64,000 nt of DNA from Cytophagaceae bacterium (GTDB lineage: Bacteria > Bacteroidota > Bacteroidia > Cytophagales > Spirosomataceae): positions 15 through 64,014 of the forward strand of contig JAIYBU010000114.1 in NCBI GenBank assembly GCA_027488335.1. Direction: 5' to 3'. A program made the translations under genes and the position numbers. Of the stretch, positions 26,934 through 36,918 are shown in pieces (position 1 is the stretch's first letter; every line of letters begins with the position of its first letter). Below the pieces are notes generated by a model. It saw only the letters and a program-made list of their open reading frames with translations, was not told the DNA's origin and made no database searches.

Positions 26934-28766
26934 ATGAAAAAAATATTTCTTTTTGTTATTTGTATCAGCCTTTTCTATCAAGTAAACGCCCAAAAAAGCC
27001 AACAAACCGATGTTTTGATAATCGGAGGAAGCACCTCTGGCACAATGGCGGGCATACAATCGGCACGCATGGGTGTAAAAACCATCATTGTAGAAGAAAC
27101 TCCGTGGCTGGGCGGAATGCTCACTTCGGCGGGCGTTTCTGCCATTGACGGCAATCATAATATGCCATCGGGTTTGTGGGGTGAATTTCGTGAGCAGGTA
27201 AGAAATTATTACGGCGGTGCAGATAAAGTTTCTACGGGTTGGGTGAGTAATACACTTTTCGAACCATCAGTCGGGCAGAACATTCTACGAAAAATGTGCG
27301 ATGTTGAAAAGAATCTTTCATTGACTTTTGATGCTAAACTTATTGATATTAAGCAAGTTAAAACAGGTTGGCAAGTGAAATTTTCGGATGAAAAAACAAT
27401 CCAAACAAAAATCTTGATTGATGCCACCGAATTGGGAGATGTGGCAGCCAAAGTGGGCATCAAATACAACTTAGGAATGGATGCCCAATCGACTTATAAT
27501 GAATCCATTGCTCCCGAAAAAGCTAACAATGTGATACAAGACCTTACGTATGGAGCAATTTTGAAAGATTACGGCCCAAATGCTGATAAAACTTTGCCCA
27601 AACCAGCCAATTATTCGGTTTCAGAGTTTAATTGTGCTTGCAAAGAATTTTGTGATAACCCAAATGCTAAAAGACAGAATCCGTGTGCGAGTTTGATGAC
27701 TTATGCTAAACTGCCAAATGGCAAAGTTTTAATCAATTGGCCAATCAATGGCAATGATTATTACGCAAATATGGTAGTAATGTCGGAAAATGAAAGGCAA
27801 GAAGCCATCAAAGCAGCCAAAGCTGTCACGCTTCGTTTTGTGTATTTTCTGCAAACCGAATTGGGTTTTAAAAACTTTGGGTTGGCCGATGATGAATATC
27901 CAACTGCTGATAAACTGCCATTGATTCCGTATCATAGAGAGAGCCGCCGAATTGATGGTTTGGTAAGAATGAATGTTAACCATATCGAAAAACCTTTTGT
28001 GCAAGCTCAACCACTTTATCGAACTGGTATTGCTGTGGGCGATTACGCCATTGACCATCATCACGATAAGAATCCTGCTGCCCCTGACTTACATTTTGTA
28101 CCAGTACCGTCGTTTAATATTCCTTTGGGTAGCATTATTCCGAAGCAAAAATCTAACTTTGTAGTAGCCGAAAAGTCGATTTCGGTGAGTAATTTGGTCA
28201 ATGGAGCTTCTCGTTTGCAGCCAGTTGTGATGCAAATTGGGCAAGCGGCGGGTGCTTTGGCCGCTTATAGTGTTTTAAATAAAATTTCTCCAGAAAAGGC
28301 TTCGGTTCGAGCAATTCAAAAAATATTATTACAATCAAAAGTGTATCTGATGCCCTATTTTGATGTGCCACCTACGCACCCAAATTGGGAGGCAATCCAG
28401 CGAGTGGGAGCAACGGGAATCTTGAAAGGAGTTGGTCAATCTGTCAATTGGTCGAATCGAACTTGGTTCTATCCCGATTCTACAATTTCGACTCATGAAT
28501 TTTTAGTAGGCTTAAACGATTTTGAGCCAAAATTTATATGTAAAGGTGTTTCTGAACAAAAAAAGATGACTTTCGCTGAATTTGAAGCGATTTTGAGTCA
28601 GTTTAAACAATTTCTAAGTTCAATCAAAAGCCCATTAGCTCAGAATATTTTAGTAAAAAGTAATAGTTCAGATAAGCAAATTTTGCCCATTACTCGAAGC
28701 GAAATTGCCGTTCGATTAGCAGGGTTAATGGAGAAAGAAGTTGATTTTGAAGGGAAGTGTAAATAA
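26934..28766 (+). CDS. FAD-dependent oxidoreductase, secreted
   Basis: Signal peptide; DVLIIGGSTSG; LGGMLTSAGV; IDATELGD; PYHRESRR; RLQPV.M..GQAAG. Confidence 0.85.
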   Translation: MKKIFLFVICISLFYQVNAQKSQQTDVLIIGGSTSGTMAGIQSARMGVKTIIVEETPWLGGMLTSAGVSAIDGNHNMPSGLWGEFREQVRNYYGGADKVSTGWVSNTLFEPSVGQNILRKMCDVEKNLSLTFDAKLIDIKQVKTGWQVKFSDEKTIQTKILIDATELGDVAAKVGIKYNLGMDAQSTYNESIAPEKANNVIQDLTYGAILKDYGPNADKTLPKPANYSVSEFNCACKEFCDNPNAKRQNPCASLMTYAKLPNGKVLINWPINGNDYYANMVVMSENERQEAIKAAKAVTLRFVYFLQTELGFKNFGLADDEYPTADKLPLIPYHRESRRIDGLVRMNVNHIEKPFVQAQPLYRTGIAVGDYAIDHHHDKNPAAPDLHFVPVPSFNIPLGSIIPKQKSNFVVAEKSISVSNLVNGASRLQPVVMQIGQAAGALAAYSVLNKISPEKASVRAIQKILLQSKVYLMPYFDVPPTHPNWEAIQRVGATGILKGVGQSVNWSNRTWFYPDSTISTHEFLVGLNDFEPKFICKGVSEQKKMTFAEFEAILSQFKQFLSSIKSPLAQNILVKSNSSDKQILPITRSEIAVRLAGLMEKEVDFEGKCK

Positions 28767-28777
28767 TTCAGTGAACT

Positions 28778-28810
28778 AACGCTGGCAAGGTTCAAAACCT
28801 TGCCAGCGTT
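28778..28810. repeat. Perfect 15-bp stem hairpin (REP-like or terminator) between convergent genes
   Basis: AACGCTGGCAAGGTT-CAA-AACCTTGCCAGCGTT. Confidence 0.75.
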
Positions 28811-28845
28811 CATCTCTGCATGAGTTAAAGTTGAACCAAGAAATT

Positions 28846-30663
28846 TTACTTCACCGCAACCTCAAAAGGCAACTGTAAATTGCTCACAGTTTGTTCTAAG
28901 TTGGTAAGTTCTTCCTTCATTTCTTCAATGTATCGTTCAGTTTCGTTTTTGAAAGATGAAACCAACGATTTGTAGTAATCAATTCCAGATAATAGGTTCG
29001 TATGAAACGCTTTAAGTGTCCGTACTTGTGCCGTTGAAAGATTTTCAACTTGTTTGTTAAGTTGGTTTTTGTAATAATCTACATACAAAGCCAATTCATT
29101 CACAAACATATTTGGGCGTTTCAACGAATTGAGAATATTGGTTCGGCCGTAAATGTGGTCAACCATTTGTTTTAATGAGAAAACGCCTGAAAAATAAGCC
29201 AAGTTAGGGCCTGGGCAAATCGTTACGGCCGTCAGTTTATGAGCAGGATTTATGTCGTGTTTCAATAAAGCACTTACTCCCAAACCTTCACACAAACAAT
29301 CTCTTTGATTCAGAAAATTGATTTTCTCTGCCTTCTGCTCAGCGGTCATTTCGCTTGTTTCAATCTGCTTTATTTTGGCGTGTAAATATTCACGAGAAGA
29401 CTCACAAATTGGTTCTTTTGTAAATTCTGTATTGGTAGAAAGGAATTTTTTATAGCACGGACTTCCCGCACGATTTTTATTGATACGCATCAGTCGTTGT
29501 TCTTCGCCACTTGTATGTCTGAAATTATTAAACGGAACGCCCAAAGGAGAGGCATTACTTAGAAAATAATCCTCTTTTTGTGCATTGGCCATTTTATTGA
29601 GCGTAGCATCATCGACATTGGTCGCTTCTGGAACTAACAAAAACGGGCTCGCCCAACCAGTGCCATCGGCATCATAATATTCGAGCAAGAAATTGTCTTC
29701 GTTGGCTGTTCCGATACCACCTTGCACGGTGATTTTCATAGCTGGAATTGATGGAAACGGTGATATTTCTCTACCAATCAATGCTTGATTACAAATATCA
29801 AATACTTCTTTTTGCAAAGTTGCCCGATTTTGCTTGAATTCTTCCATGATTGGGCCAAGCAAAAGTCCATCAGTAGCAAAGGCATGACCGCCACAGTTTA
29901 GTCCCGACTCAATTCTGAATTCTGAAACCCACAGACCTTTTTTTGCCAAGATTTTTCCTTGCGTAAGGGCCGAACGATAATCGCTTACTTTCAGGATGAT
30001 TTTCTTTTTCAAGAAACCTTTTTCATCAGGGAAAAAGTCGTTGAAAGCATCAATATAGCCATACAAACGTGGGTTATAACCCGCCGAAAAAACAATACTC
30101 GAGGTCAGATTACTTTGTGCATAGCCACGAAACGACGAAAGAGCATCTGAAAATTCTTTAGGTAATATTTCACCGTTTTCATCATAATGCGTTCTATCAA
30201 CTTTCGACATCACGTTTACATCTATTGAGCCAGCTACAATTTTTGTGCGAAGTTCGTCTTGTAGTTGTTTTTTTACTGAACTGTCCTCCAATTGAAGCAT
30301 GCCAATATAGGTCTGCTTGATAGGGGAGGTATTGGGTAAAAGCTCAAAGTATTTTGTAATTTCTGAACCTTCTATGAAAGGTTCTAAGCGTAGTTTTTCT
30401 ACTTGTTTACTTATCAATTTGTCCAAAAGGTTCAGATATTCTGTAATTCTTTTGGCTCTGTAATCTTCCACTTTTTCGGTAATTGGCTCATAAACTTCAC
30501 CATTTTCTTGGCAGTGAAATTTTCTCATTTTTTCAATGAGTTCGTGTTCGATAATCGAAATTACCGAGGAAATACCAAATCGAGCTACTTTTAATGGCGT
30601 ATCAATCGTGAAACCTAAGCCCATTACGGGAATATGGAAGGTATGTGCAGGTGTTTGTATCAT
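28846..30663 (-). CDS. Uncharacterised 605-aa protein, probable FMN-binding TIM barrel with a Cys-rich C-terminal part
   Basis: FRIESGLNCGGHAF; VQGGIGT..E...DGTGWASPFLLVPEA resembles the NMO/FabK-type phosphate-binding segment; Cys motifs SPCYKK, PICESS, DCLCEGL, ICPGPN. Confidence 0.7.
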   Translation of the reverse strand: MIQTPAHTFHIPVMGLGFTIDTPLKVARFGISSVISIIEHELIEKMRKFHCQENGEVYEPITEKVEDYRAKRITEYLNLLDKLISKQVEKLRLEPFIEGSEITKYFELLPNTSPIKQTYIGMLQLEDSSVKKQLQDELRTKIVAGSIDVNVMSKVDRTHYDENGEILPKEFSDALSSFRGYAQSNLTSSIVFSAGYNPRLYGYIDAFNDFFPDEKGFLKKKIILKVSDYRSALTQGKILAKKGLWVSEFRIESGLNCGGHAFATDGLLLGPIMEEFKQNRATLQKEVFDICNQALIGREISPFPSIPAMKITVQGGIGTANEDNFLLEYYDADGTGWASPFLLVPEATNVDDATLNKMANAQKEDYFLSNASPLGVPFNNFRHTSGEEQRLMRINKNRAGSPCYKKFLSTNTEFTKEPICESSREYLHAKIKQIETSEMTAEQKAEKINFLNQRDCLCEGLGVSALLKHDINPAHKLTAVTICPGPNLAYFSGVFSLKQMVDHIYGRTNILNSLKRPNMFVNELALYVDYYKNQLNKQVENLSTAQVRTLKAFHTNLLSGIDYYKSLVSSFKNETERYIEEMKEELTNLEQTVSNLQLPFEVAVK

Positions 30664-30712
30664 TGCTTCGTAAGAAAATTTGACAAAGCAACGCAAAATC
30701 TGATAATCGAAA

Positions 30713-30728
30713 CATGACGTTTGTCATG
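30713..30728. promoter_or_regulatory. Palindromic operator CATGAC-N4-GTCATG
   Basis: Perfect 6-4-6 palindrome 50 bp upstream of the 605-aa gene; geometry resembles Crp/Fnr-family sites. Confidence 0.5.
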
Positions 30729-30856
30729 GAATGAATTTTTAGCTGGTGTAAGGGTTAAGCGAAGCATCACTTGTACATTTGAAGGAATTGCAGTCTTAGA
30801 CTACTTGCGATAAATTTTGTACAAGTCAAAGACCTGCACTATTGTAGATGTCTTGT

Positions 30857-31297
30857 TTACACATTAATAAGCCATCCTGCAAATGGTTTTACTGTCGCAC
30901 AATTCGGACTACCATCTTTCCCTGTACCTGGCACAGAAGTTTCTAAAATCGCATCAGGATTATTGTATAATTGCTCTACTTGTTCCCAAGTAATTCCTGT
31001 CAAAGGAACTTTAAGCCTCCTTGACCAGATTGAATCGAATTGCCCAACAAAAGCTCCGATACCGATGTAAATGAATTTATCACTTGAACCTTGAACAAAT
31101 TCACCCGAAAGCTTTGGTGATTGCTTTTTCTCGCTATCTTCTTTTACCAGAATTGAAAACTCAAAAATCAAGTCATTAGCAGTAGCACGTTGTTTTTGGG
31201 CAATTGTGTAATTGTTTCCAGAACCTTTTTGTAAGCCAAAATCTACCCCAACAGGTGGATTTAATAGATTAATCCGAAGGTTCAGAGCTTTTTTCAT
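30857..31297 (-). CDS. DUF5990-like protein
   Basis: PPVGVDFGLQKG; G.FVQG....FIYI.IG; WSRRLKVPL; G.P.CATV. Confidence 0.75.
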   Translation of the reverse strand: MKKALNLRINLLNPPVGVDFGLQKGSGNNYTIAQKQRATANDLIFEFSILVKEDSEKKQSPKLSGEFVQGSSDKFIYIGIGAFVGQFDSIWSRRLKVPLTGITWEQVEQLYNNPDAILETSVPGTGKDGSPNCATVKPFAGWLINV

Positions 31298-31344
31298 TTG
31301 GTTAATTTGTAATTAATTATGAGTCTCGTTTTGCTAAATTATAA

Positions 31345-31380
31345 AAAACGCTCAAGAGACCAAAATTTCCTGAGCGTTTT
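31345..31380. terminator. Terminator after the korB-like gene
   Basis: AAAACGCTCA...TGAGCGTTTT. Confidence 0.6.
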
Positions 31381-31406
31381 CGTTTTCAACTTATCTTAAA
31401 TATTTC

Positions 31407-32453
31407 TTATCGCAAACTCTGATTCAAAGCCTCCAACGCATCAATGCCCGGACAAAGCAGGTCTTCTTTGAGGGTGTTCAAAGGAGTTTTTGTTGTTTGA
31501 AGCACATCGTGCAAGGCATTTGTATTTGGCTCTATGTAAATCAGACCTGTCAAGATTTCTCCTTTTTCTTTCGAGGTTTGTATAGCATTCATGGCTGAAA
31601 GTTTATCTTCTGGATTCCACCCTTGATGCAGTTTTTGTAAATGCAAAGCCGAACCATCGTGAAGCGTTACTTCTTTGGCATCATCGTAGCTCGCCGTGAT
31701 TTCTTCCATTACTGGCACAAAATCTACAGTTGAAGTAGCTTCGATATGTTCACGCACATAATCGTAAGATTTTGTAGAGCCTACGTTATTGTTGAAAGTT
31801 ACGCAAGGAGAAATGACATCAATCAAGGCAAAACCTGGGTGAGAAATAGCGGCTTTGATGAGCGGAATCAACTGAGTTTTATCGCCCGAGAAACTACGAG
31901 CCACAAAAGTTGCTCCCAGTTCAAGTCCTAAACCCACTAAATCAATAGCGTTGAAAAGGTTTGTTGAGCCAGCCTTACTTTTCGAGCCATTATCTGCCGT
32001 GGCAGAATCTTGCCCCTTTGTAAGACCGTAACAACCGTTATTCATTACGACATAAACCATGTTAAGGTTACGGCGAATGGCATGAACAAACTGACCCATT
32101 CCGATGGAAGCAGAGTCGCCATCGCCCGAAACACCGAAGTAAACCAAGTCACGATTGGCCAAGTACGCACCCGTTGCCACCGAAGGCATACGTCCGTGTA
32201 CAGAGTTAAAACCGTGCGAGTTTCCGAGGAAATAAGCTGGAGTCTTTGATGAACAACCGATACCCGAAAGTTTGGCGATTCGATGAGGCTCAACCGACAG
32301 CTCAAAACAAGCTTGGGCAATTGCTCCACTGATAGAATCGTGTCCGCAACCCGCACAAAGCGTTGATAAAGCTCCTTCGTAGTCTTTTTTAGTAAAATTT
32401 ATTTTGTTTTTTGGCAAATCTGGATGCCTAAAGGTCGGACGAACGTATGTCAT
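31407..32453 (-). CDS. korB: 2-oxoacid:ferredoxin oxidoreductase beta subunit (TPP-binding)
   Basis: TLCAGCGH; SGIGCSS; VHGR; SGDGD TPP motif; NNGCYGLTKGQ.S; SPCVTF. Confidence 0.9.
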   Translation of the reverse strand: MTYVRPTFRHPDLPKNKINFTKKDYEGALSTLCAGCGHDSISGAIAQACFELSVEPHRIAKLSGIGCSSKTPAYFLGNSHGFNSVHGRMPSVATGAYLANRDLVYFGVSGDGDSASIGMGQFVHAIRRNLNMVYVVMNNGCYGLTKGQDSATADNGSKSKAGSTNLFNAIDLVGLGLELGATFVARSFSGDKTQLIPLIKAAISHPGFALIDVISPCVTFNNNVGSTKSYDYVREHIEATSTVDFVPVMEEITASYDDAKEVTLHDGSALHLQKLHQGWNPEDKLSAMNAIQTSKEKGEILTGLIYIEPNTNALHDVLQTTKTPLNTLKEDLLCPGIDALEALNQSLR

Positions 32454-32461
32454 ATTTTTGA

Positions 32462-32489
32462 TTTACGATTTACGAATGACGATTTACGA
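32462..32489. repeat. Short heptamer tandem repeat
   Basis: TTTACGA TTTACGA ATGACGA TTTACGA. Confidence 0.65.
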
Positions 32490-32577
32490 ATTTTATTACG
32501 TTAATAGTCAATTCTTTATGTAAAATTTAGACGCTTTAATGAATGTTTGATAAACTGTTTTTAGACTCAATCCAAAA

Positions 32578-34377
32578 CTAAGCAACAGCCAAACTTTTAC
32601 TAATTTCTTTCACAATTTTATCAGCCGTAATTGGCATTCCGTCATAATTCAAGACACGAATCAATTTCTTAGGATTTATCTCTAATTCATTGATAAGCAA
32701 CGAACGCATTTGGGCATCACGGTTTTGTTCGATAACAAAAACAACTTCGTGGTCTTCGATGAATTGTTCTACATCTTTATTGAACGGAAACGCTTTCAAT
32801 TGCATGGCATCAAGCACAACGTCTTGTTCACGTAACAAGTCGATTGCTTCTTCTGAAGAATAAGTGGAAGTTCCGAAGAAAATCACGCCCAGCGGACTCA
32901 TGTTTTTTTCTTGGTAGAAATGTGGTTTTGGCACAAGGTCTTTAGCTGTTTCCCATTTTTTCTCCAAACGCTGCATATTTCTCACATAAACAGCACTATC
33001 TTCGGTATAAACTGCATATTCGTCACGAGAAGTACCACGAGTAAAGTACGAACCTTTGGTTGGGTGCGTACCTGGGTAAGTTCGGTACGGAATACCATCG
33101 CCATCAGAATCTAAATAACGGCCAAAACGCCCCATATTTTCTAAATCTTCGGCTGTATAAACTTTACCACGGTCATATTTACGGTCAGGATTCCACTCGA
33201 AAGGCTCACTCATGTGGTCGTTCATTCCTAAATCTAAGTCAGTAAGAACGATAATTGGCGTTTGTAATCTTTCTGCCAAATCAAAAGCATCGGTTGTTAG
33301 TTCAAAACAATCTTTTGGATTGCTCGGAAAAAGCAAAACATGCTTGGTATCGCCATGCGAAGCATAGGCTGAAATCGTAATATCTGATTGCTGTGTACGA
33401 GTTGGCATACCCGTTGATGGGCCAGTTCGTTGTACATCAATCAAAACTGCTGGAATTTCAGCAAAATATCCTAAGCCTAAAAACTCGTTCATCAACGAAA
33501 CCCCAGGGCCAGATGTGGCTGTAAAAGACCTCGCACCGTTCCAGTTTGCACCGATAACCATACCGATGGCGGCCAGTTCATCTTCTGCCTGTACGATTGC
33601 GTAGTTTTTCTCGCCAGTTTCTTTATCGGTACGGAATTTCTTGGCATATTTTTCAAACTTCTCTACTACCGAAGTCGATGGCGTGATTGGGTACCAAGCG
33701 GCTACGGTTGCTCCTGCATAAACCGCACCGAGTCCGCATGCACCATTTCCGTCAAACATGATTCTGTTTCCAACTAAATCACGTCTTTCTACTCGAATAT
33801 CAAGTGGGTAGCTGAAGTTTTCTTGAACATATTTTACGCCCAGTTGCAAAGCTTGAACGTTGGCAGGAATGAGTTTTTCTTTGCCTTTGAATTGCTCGGC
33901 TAAAAGTTGCTCTAAAACACCAAATTCAATATCGAGCAAAGCTGATAATGCTCCTACATAAATGATATTTTTGAATAGTTGGCGTTGACGTGGGTCGGTG
34001 TATTGTTCCATACAAATACCCATCAACGGAATACCCAAGTATGTGATGTCTTCACGAATATATTCTTTATGTAATGGTTTGGTACTATCGTACATGAAAT
34101 ATCCACCTGAACTTACGCTTTGTACGTCTTTCAACATACTTTGTGGATTGACCGAAACCATCAAATCAATACCTTCTCGGCGGCCGAGATAGCCTTTTTC
34201 GCTTATCCTTACTTCATACCAAGTAGGTAAGCCTTGAATATTCGATGGGAAAATGTTTTTTGGCGTAACAGGAATTCCCATTCTAAATATAGCTTTGGCA
34301 AACATCCCATTGGCACTGGCCGAACCAGTACCGTTGACATTCGCAAAGCGTACTACAAAATCGTTGACTTTTGACAT
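32578..34377 (-). CDS. korA: 2-oxoacid:acceptor oxidoreductase alpha subunit (gamma-alpha fusion)
   Basis: FANVNGTGSASAN; YPITPST; QAEDELAA; TATSGPG.SLM.E; QRTGPSTGMPT. Confidence 0.9.
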   Translation of the reverse strand: MSKVNDFVVRFANVNGTGSASANGMFAKAIFRMGIPVTPKNIFPSNIQGLPTWYEVRISEKGYLGRREGIDLMVSVNPQSMLKDVQSVSSGGYFMYDSTKPLHKEYIREDITYLGIPLMGICMEQYTDPRQRQLFKNIIYVGALSALLDIEFGVLEQLLAEQFKGKEKLIPANVQALQLGVKYVQENFSYPLDIRVERRDLVGNRIMFDGNGACGLGAVYAGATVAAWYPITPSTSVVEKFEKYAKKFRTDKETGEKNYAIVQAEDELAAIGMVIGANWNGARSFTATSGPGVSLMNEFLGLGYFAEIPAVLIDVQRTGPSTGMPTRTQQSDITISAYASHGDTKHVLLFPSNPKDCFELTTDAFDLAERLQTPIIVLTDLDLGMNDHMSEPFEWNPDRKYDRGKVYTAEDLENMGRFGRYLDSDGDGIPYRTYPGTHPTKGSYFTRGTSRDEYAVYTEDSAVYVRNMQRLEKKWETAKDLVPKPHFYQEKNMSPLGVIFFGTSTYSSEEAIDLLREQDVVLDAMQLKAFPFNKDVEQFIEDHEVVFVIEQNRDAQMRSLLINELEINPKKLIRVLNYDGMPITADKIVKEISKSLAVA

Positions 34378-34447
34378 ATAAATATTCTCAAAAAAGAGGA
34401 AATTTCAATTAGTTTACTGCTTCGGTACAAGTCAGAGACTTGTGCTA

Positions 34448-36244
34448 CTAAGCGTGACTTCCACATCCATGATGTGCTTTGGTGGTATTATAGAAAAACT
34501 TCTGCATATCCCAAGCCGATGTTGGGCAACGCTCGGCACACAAACCACAGTGCAAGCAAACATCTTCATCTTTTACCATTACTCGACCTGTTGCAGCCAA
34601 AGTATTGGATACAAGAAGCGATTGGTCTAAGTGTAAAGATGGTGCTTTGAGGCGTGTACGAAGGTCTTCTTCTGTGCCATTGACCGTAAATGTGATACAG
34701 TCAGTTGGACAAATATCCATACAGGCATCGCACTCGATACAGCGGTTTTCGGTGAAAACAGTTTGTACATCGCAGTTTAAGCAACGTTGTGCTTCTTTGA
34801 AACCAACATTTTTATCGAACCCAAGCTCTACCTCTTTTTTGCGGTCGATAAGGGTTACTTTCTTTTCAGCTTGCGGCACTACATAACGGTCGTCATTAGC
34901 TACAATACTATCATAACTCCACTCATGGATTCCCATTTTCTGAGAAACCAAGTTTGTCATAGGGTCAGGACGCACATCAAGTGGTTTTCCTTGACAATAT
35001 AAGTCAATTGAAACGGCTGCCGAATGGCCTTGTGCAACAGCCGTAATGACATTTTTAGGGCCAAGAGCTGCATCTCCGCCAAAGAAAACCTTCGGATTTG
35101 TCGATTGGAAAGTGGTGCTATCAACTTTTGGCATATCCCATTTATCGAATTCGATGCCTAAATCACGCTCAATCCAAGGAAAATAGTTTTCTTGGCCAAT
35201 TGCTACTAAAACATCGTCAGCTTCGATGAAAACGTGCGGTTCGCCCGTTGGAACGAGTGAACGCTTGCCTTTTTCATCATAAACTGCATGTACTTTCTCA
35301 AAAGTCATGCCTTTTAGTTTGCCATTTTCTGAAACAAACGAAACAGGAACATGATTATCGAGAATCGGAATATCTTCGTGTTGAGCATCTTCTTTTTCCC
35401 AAGGCGAAGCTTTCATTTCTGAGTATGGACTACGAACTACTACTTTCACATCTTCTCCACCTAAACGGCGTGATGTACGGCAGCAGTCCATGGCAGTATT
35501 TCCACCTCCTAAAACAATTACTTTTTTGCCGATTGATTTTGTATGTTCAAAAGCTACACTTGCCAACCACTCGATACCAACGTGAATATTTGCTCCACCT
35601 TCAGCACGACCTGGGAGATTTGTTAAATCACGTCCACGAGGAGCACCAGTTCCGATGAAAACCGCATCATAACCATCGTTTATTACGCTTTTTAAGCTCG
35701 AAACGTAGGTTTTGAAATGCTGATGAATGCCTAAATTCAAGATGTTGTTTACTTCTTCATCTAATACAGATTCGGGTAAGCGGAATGAAGGAATCTGACT
35801 ACGCATCATACCACCACCTTTGATTTGCTCATCAAAAACGTGAATTTCGTAGCCTAAAGGAGCTAAATCACGAGCAACGGTGAGCGAAGCTGGACCAGCA
35901 CCAATCAATGCGATGCGTTTGCCATTTCCTTTTGTTGGAATTTTCGGAAGCAAATGTGTTATATCGCCTTTGTTATCGGCAGCTACACGCTTCAAACGGC
36001 AAATAGCAACAGGTTCTTCATCAACACGACCACGGCGACACGCTGGTTCGCAAGGTCTATCACAAGTTCGGCCTAAAACACCTGGGAAAACATTCGATTC
36101 CCAATTGACCATGTATGCCTCAGTGTATTTTTCGGCAGCAATGAGTCTGATATACTCAGGTACGGGTGTATGAGCTGGGCAAGCATACTGACAATCTACG
36201 ACCTTATGGTAATATTCAGGGTCGTGTACATTAGTTGGTTCCAA
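34448..36244 (-). CDS. GltD-like FAD/Fe-S NAD(P)H oxidoreductase fused to a 2x[4Fe-4S] ferredoxin (KorC-like)
   Basis: CQYACP, GRTCDRPCEPAC; IGAGPAS; GGGNTAMDC then VVVRS; CIECDACMDICP; CLHCGLCAERCP. Confidence 0.85.
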   Translation of the reverse strand: MEPTNVHDPEYYHKVVDCQYACPAHTPVPEYIRLIAAEKYTEAYMVNWESNVFPGVLGRTCDRPCEPACRRGRVDEEPVAICRLKRVAADNKGDITHLLPKIPTKGNGKRIALIGAGPASLTVARDLAPLGYEIHVFDEQIKGGGMMRSQIPSFRLPESVLDEEVNNILNLGIHQHFKTYVSSLKSVINDGYDAVFIGTGAPRGRDLTNLPGRAEGGANIHVGIEWLASVAFEHTKSIGKKVIVLGGGNTAMDCCRTSRRLGGEDVKVVVRSPYSEMKASPWEKEDAQHEDIPILDNHVPVSFVSENGKLKGMTFEKVHAVYDEKGKRSLVPTGEPHVFIEADDVLVAIGQENYFPWIERDLGIEFDKWDMPKVDSTTFQSTNPKVFFGGDAALGPKNVITAVAQGHSAAVSIDLYCQGKPLDVRPDPMTNLVSQKMGIHEWSYDSIVANDDRYVVPQAEKKVTLIDRKKEVELGFDKNVGFKEAQRCLNCDVQTVFTENRCIECDACMDICPTDCITFTVNGTEEDLRTRLKAPSLHLDQSLLVSNTLAATGRVMVKDEDVCLHCGLCAERCPTSAWDMQKFFYNTTKAHHGCGSHA

Positions 36245-36379
36245 TGGTTGAATAGTTTTAAATTGAAATCGGTAGGTAAAACTACTTAATTTTAAAAAGT
36301 ATTGCCAAATATTATTTTGTTAAATATTAAAAGTGGCAATTATTATATAGTTTTTTGTTAATTTAATACAAGTTTATTG

Positions 36380-36480
36380 GCAAGTTGTTGGTCGGGAAGC
36401 AAGTTGTCGGGAGGCAAGTTGTTGGTCGGGATGTTCCGAAGGACATCTTCGACCTTTATAACTGCCGATTTGTAATTGGC
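36380..36480. repeat. REP-like repeat and hairpin cluster flanking the transposase remnant
   Basis: GCAAGTTGTTGGTCGGGA at 36380 and 36414, shorter copy at 36399; hairpins GGTCGGGATGT/ACATCTTCGACC (36424-36454) and GCCGATT/AATTGGC (36464-36480). Confidence 0.65.
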
Positions 36481-36488
36481 GGATAGAA

Positions 36489-36918
36489 TTATCCTATTAA
36501 ATCCATGTATTCTACATTAATAAGGCATTTTACCTTATCCCAATAGTCAATGGCAGAACTATATTTAGAGTGCCACGCTTCCCAAACTAAGCCTACTTCT
36601 ACTGGATTTTTATGTACATAATCCAGTTTTTGTTTGAAAAACTTTTCACTATATAGTTCAATTGGATTTAATGCGTCTTGCCAAAACTTATAATCTTTGA
36701 TTTTTGGGTTATACCTTCCTGCAAATTCAAATCTATTTGGCATCCAAATCTCTTCGGCTTTCAGGTATTTCTTTGATGGCTTCAACGACTTGTTTTGAGG
36801 TGAATTTCTTTAAACCTCGCATGATATTCGATACGTTGCCATTTAGTCCAGCCGAAGCGATTAGATGAATATGACTCGGCATTAAACACCATGCAAAAAT
36901 GTGTAATCCTTTTTCTTT
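36489..36918 (-). pseudogene. 5'-truncated, frameshifted REP-associated tyrosine transposase (RAYT; IS200/IS605 TnpA-like)
   Basis: Frame 1 reads KEKGLHIFAWCLMPSHIHLI (HUH at 36865-36873)...FTSK...ESRRD; +1 shift near 36747; frame 2 reads WMPNRFEFAG...FWQ...QKLDYVHKNPV..GLV...YSSA. Confidence 0.85.

Noticed and set aside
36380-36431. Three near-identical short repeats as a possible CRISPR array
   Set aside because: The repeats are 14-18 bp with 1-bp gaps, no spacers and no cas genes; REPs beside a RAYT explain them better
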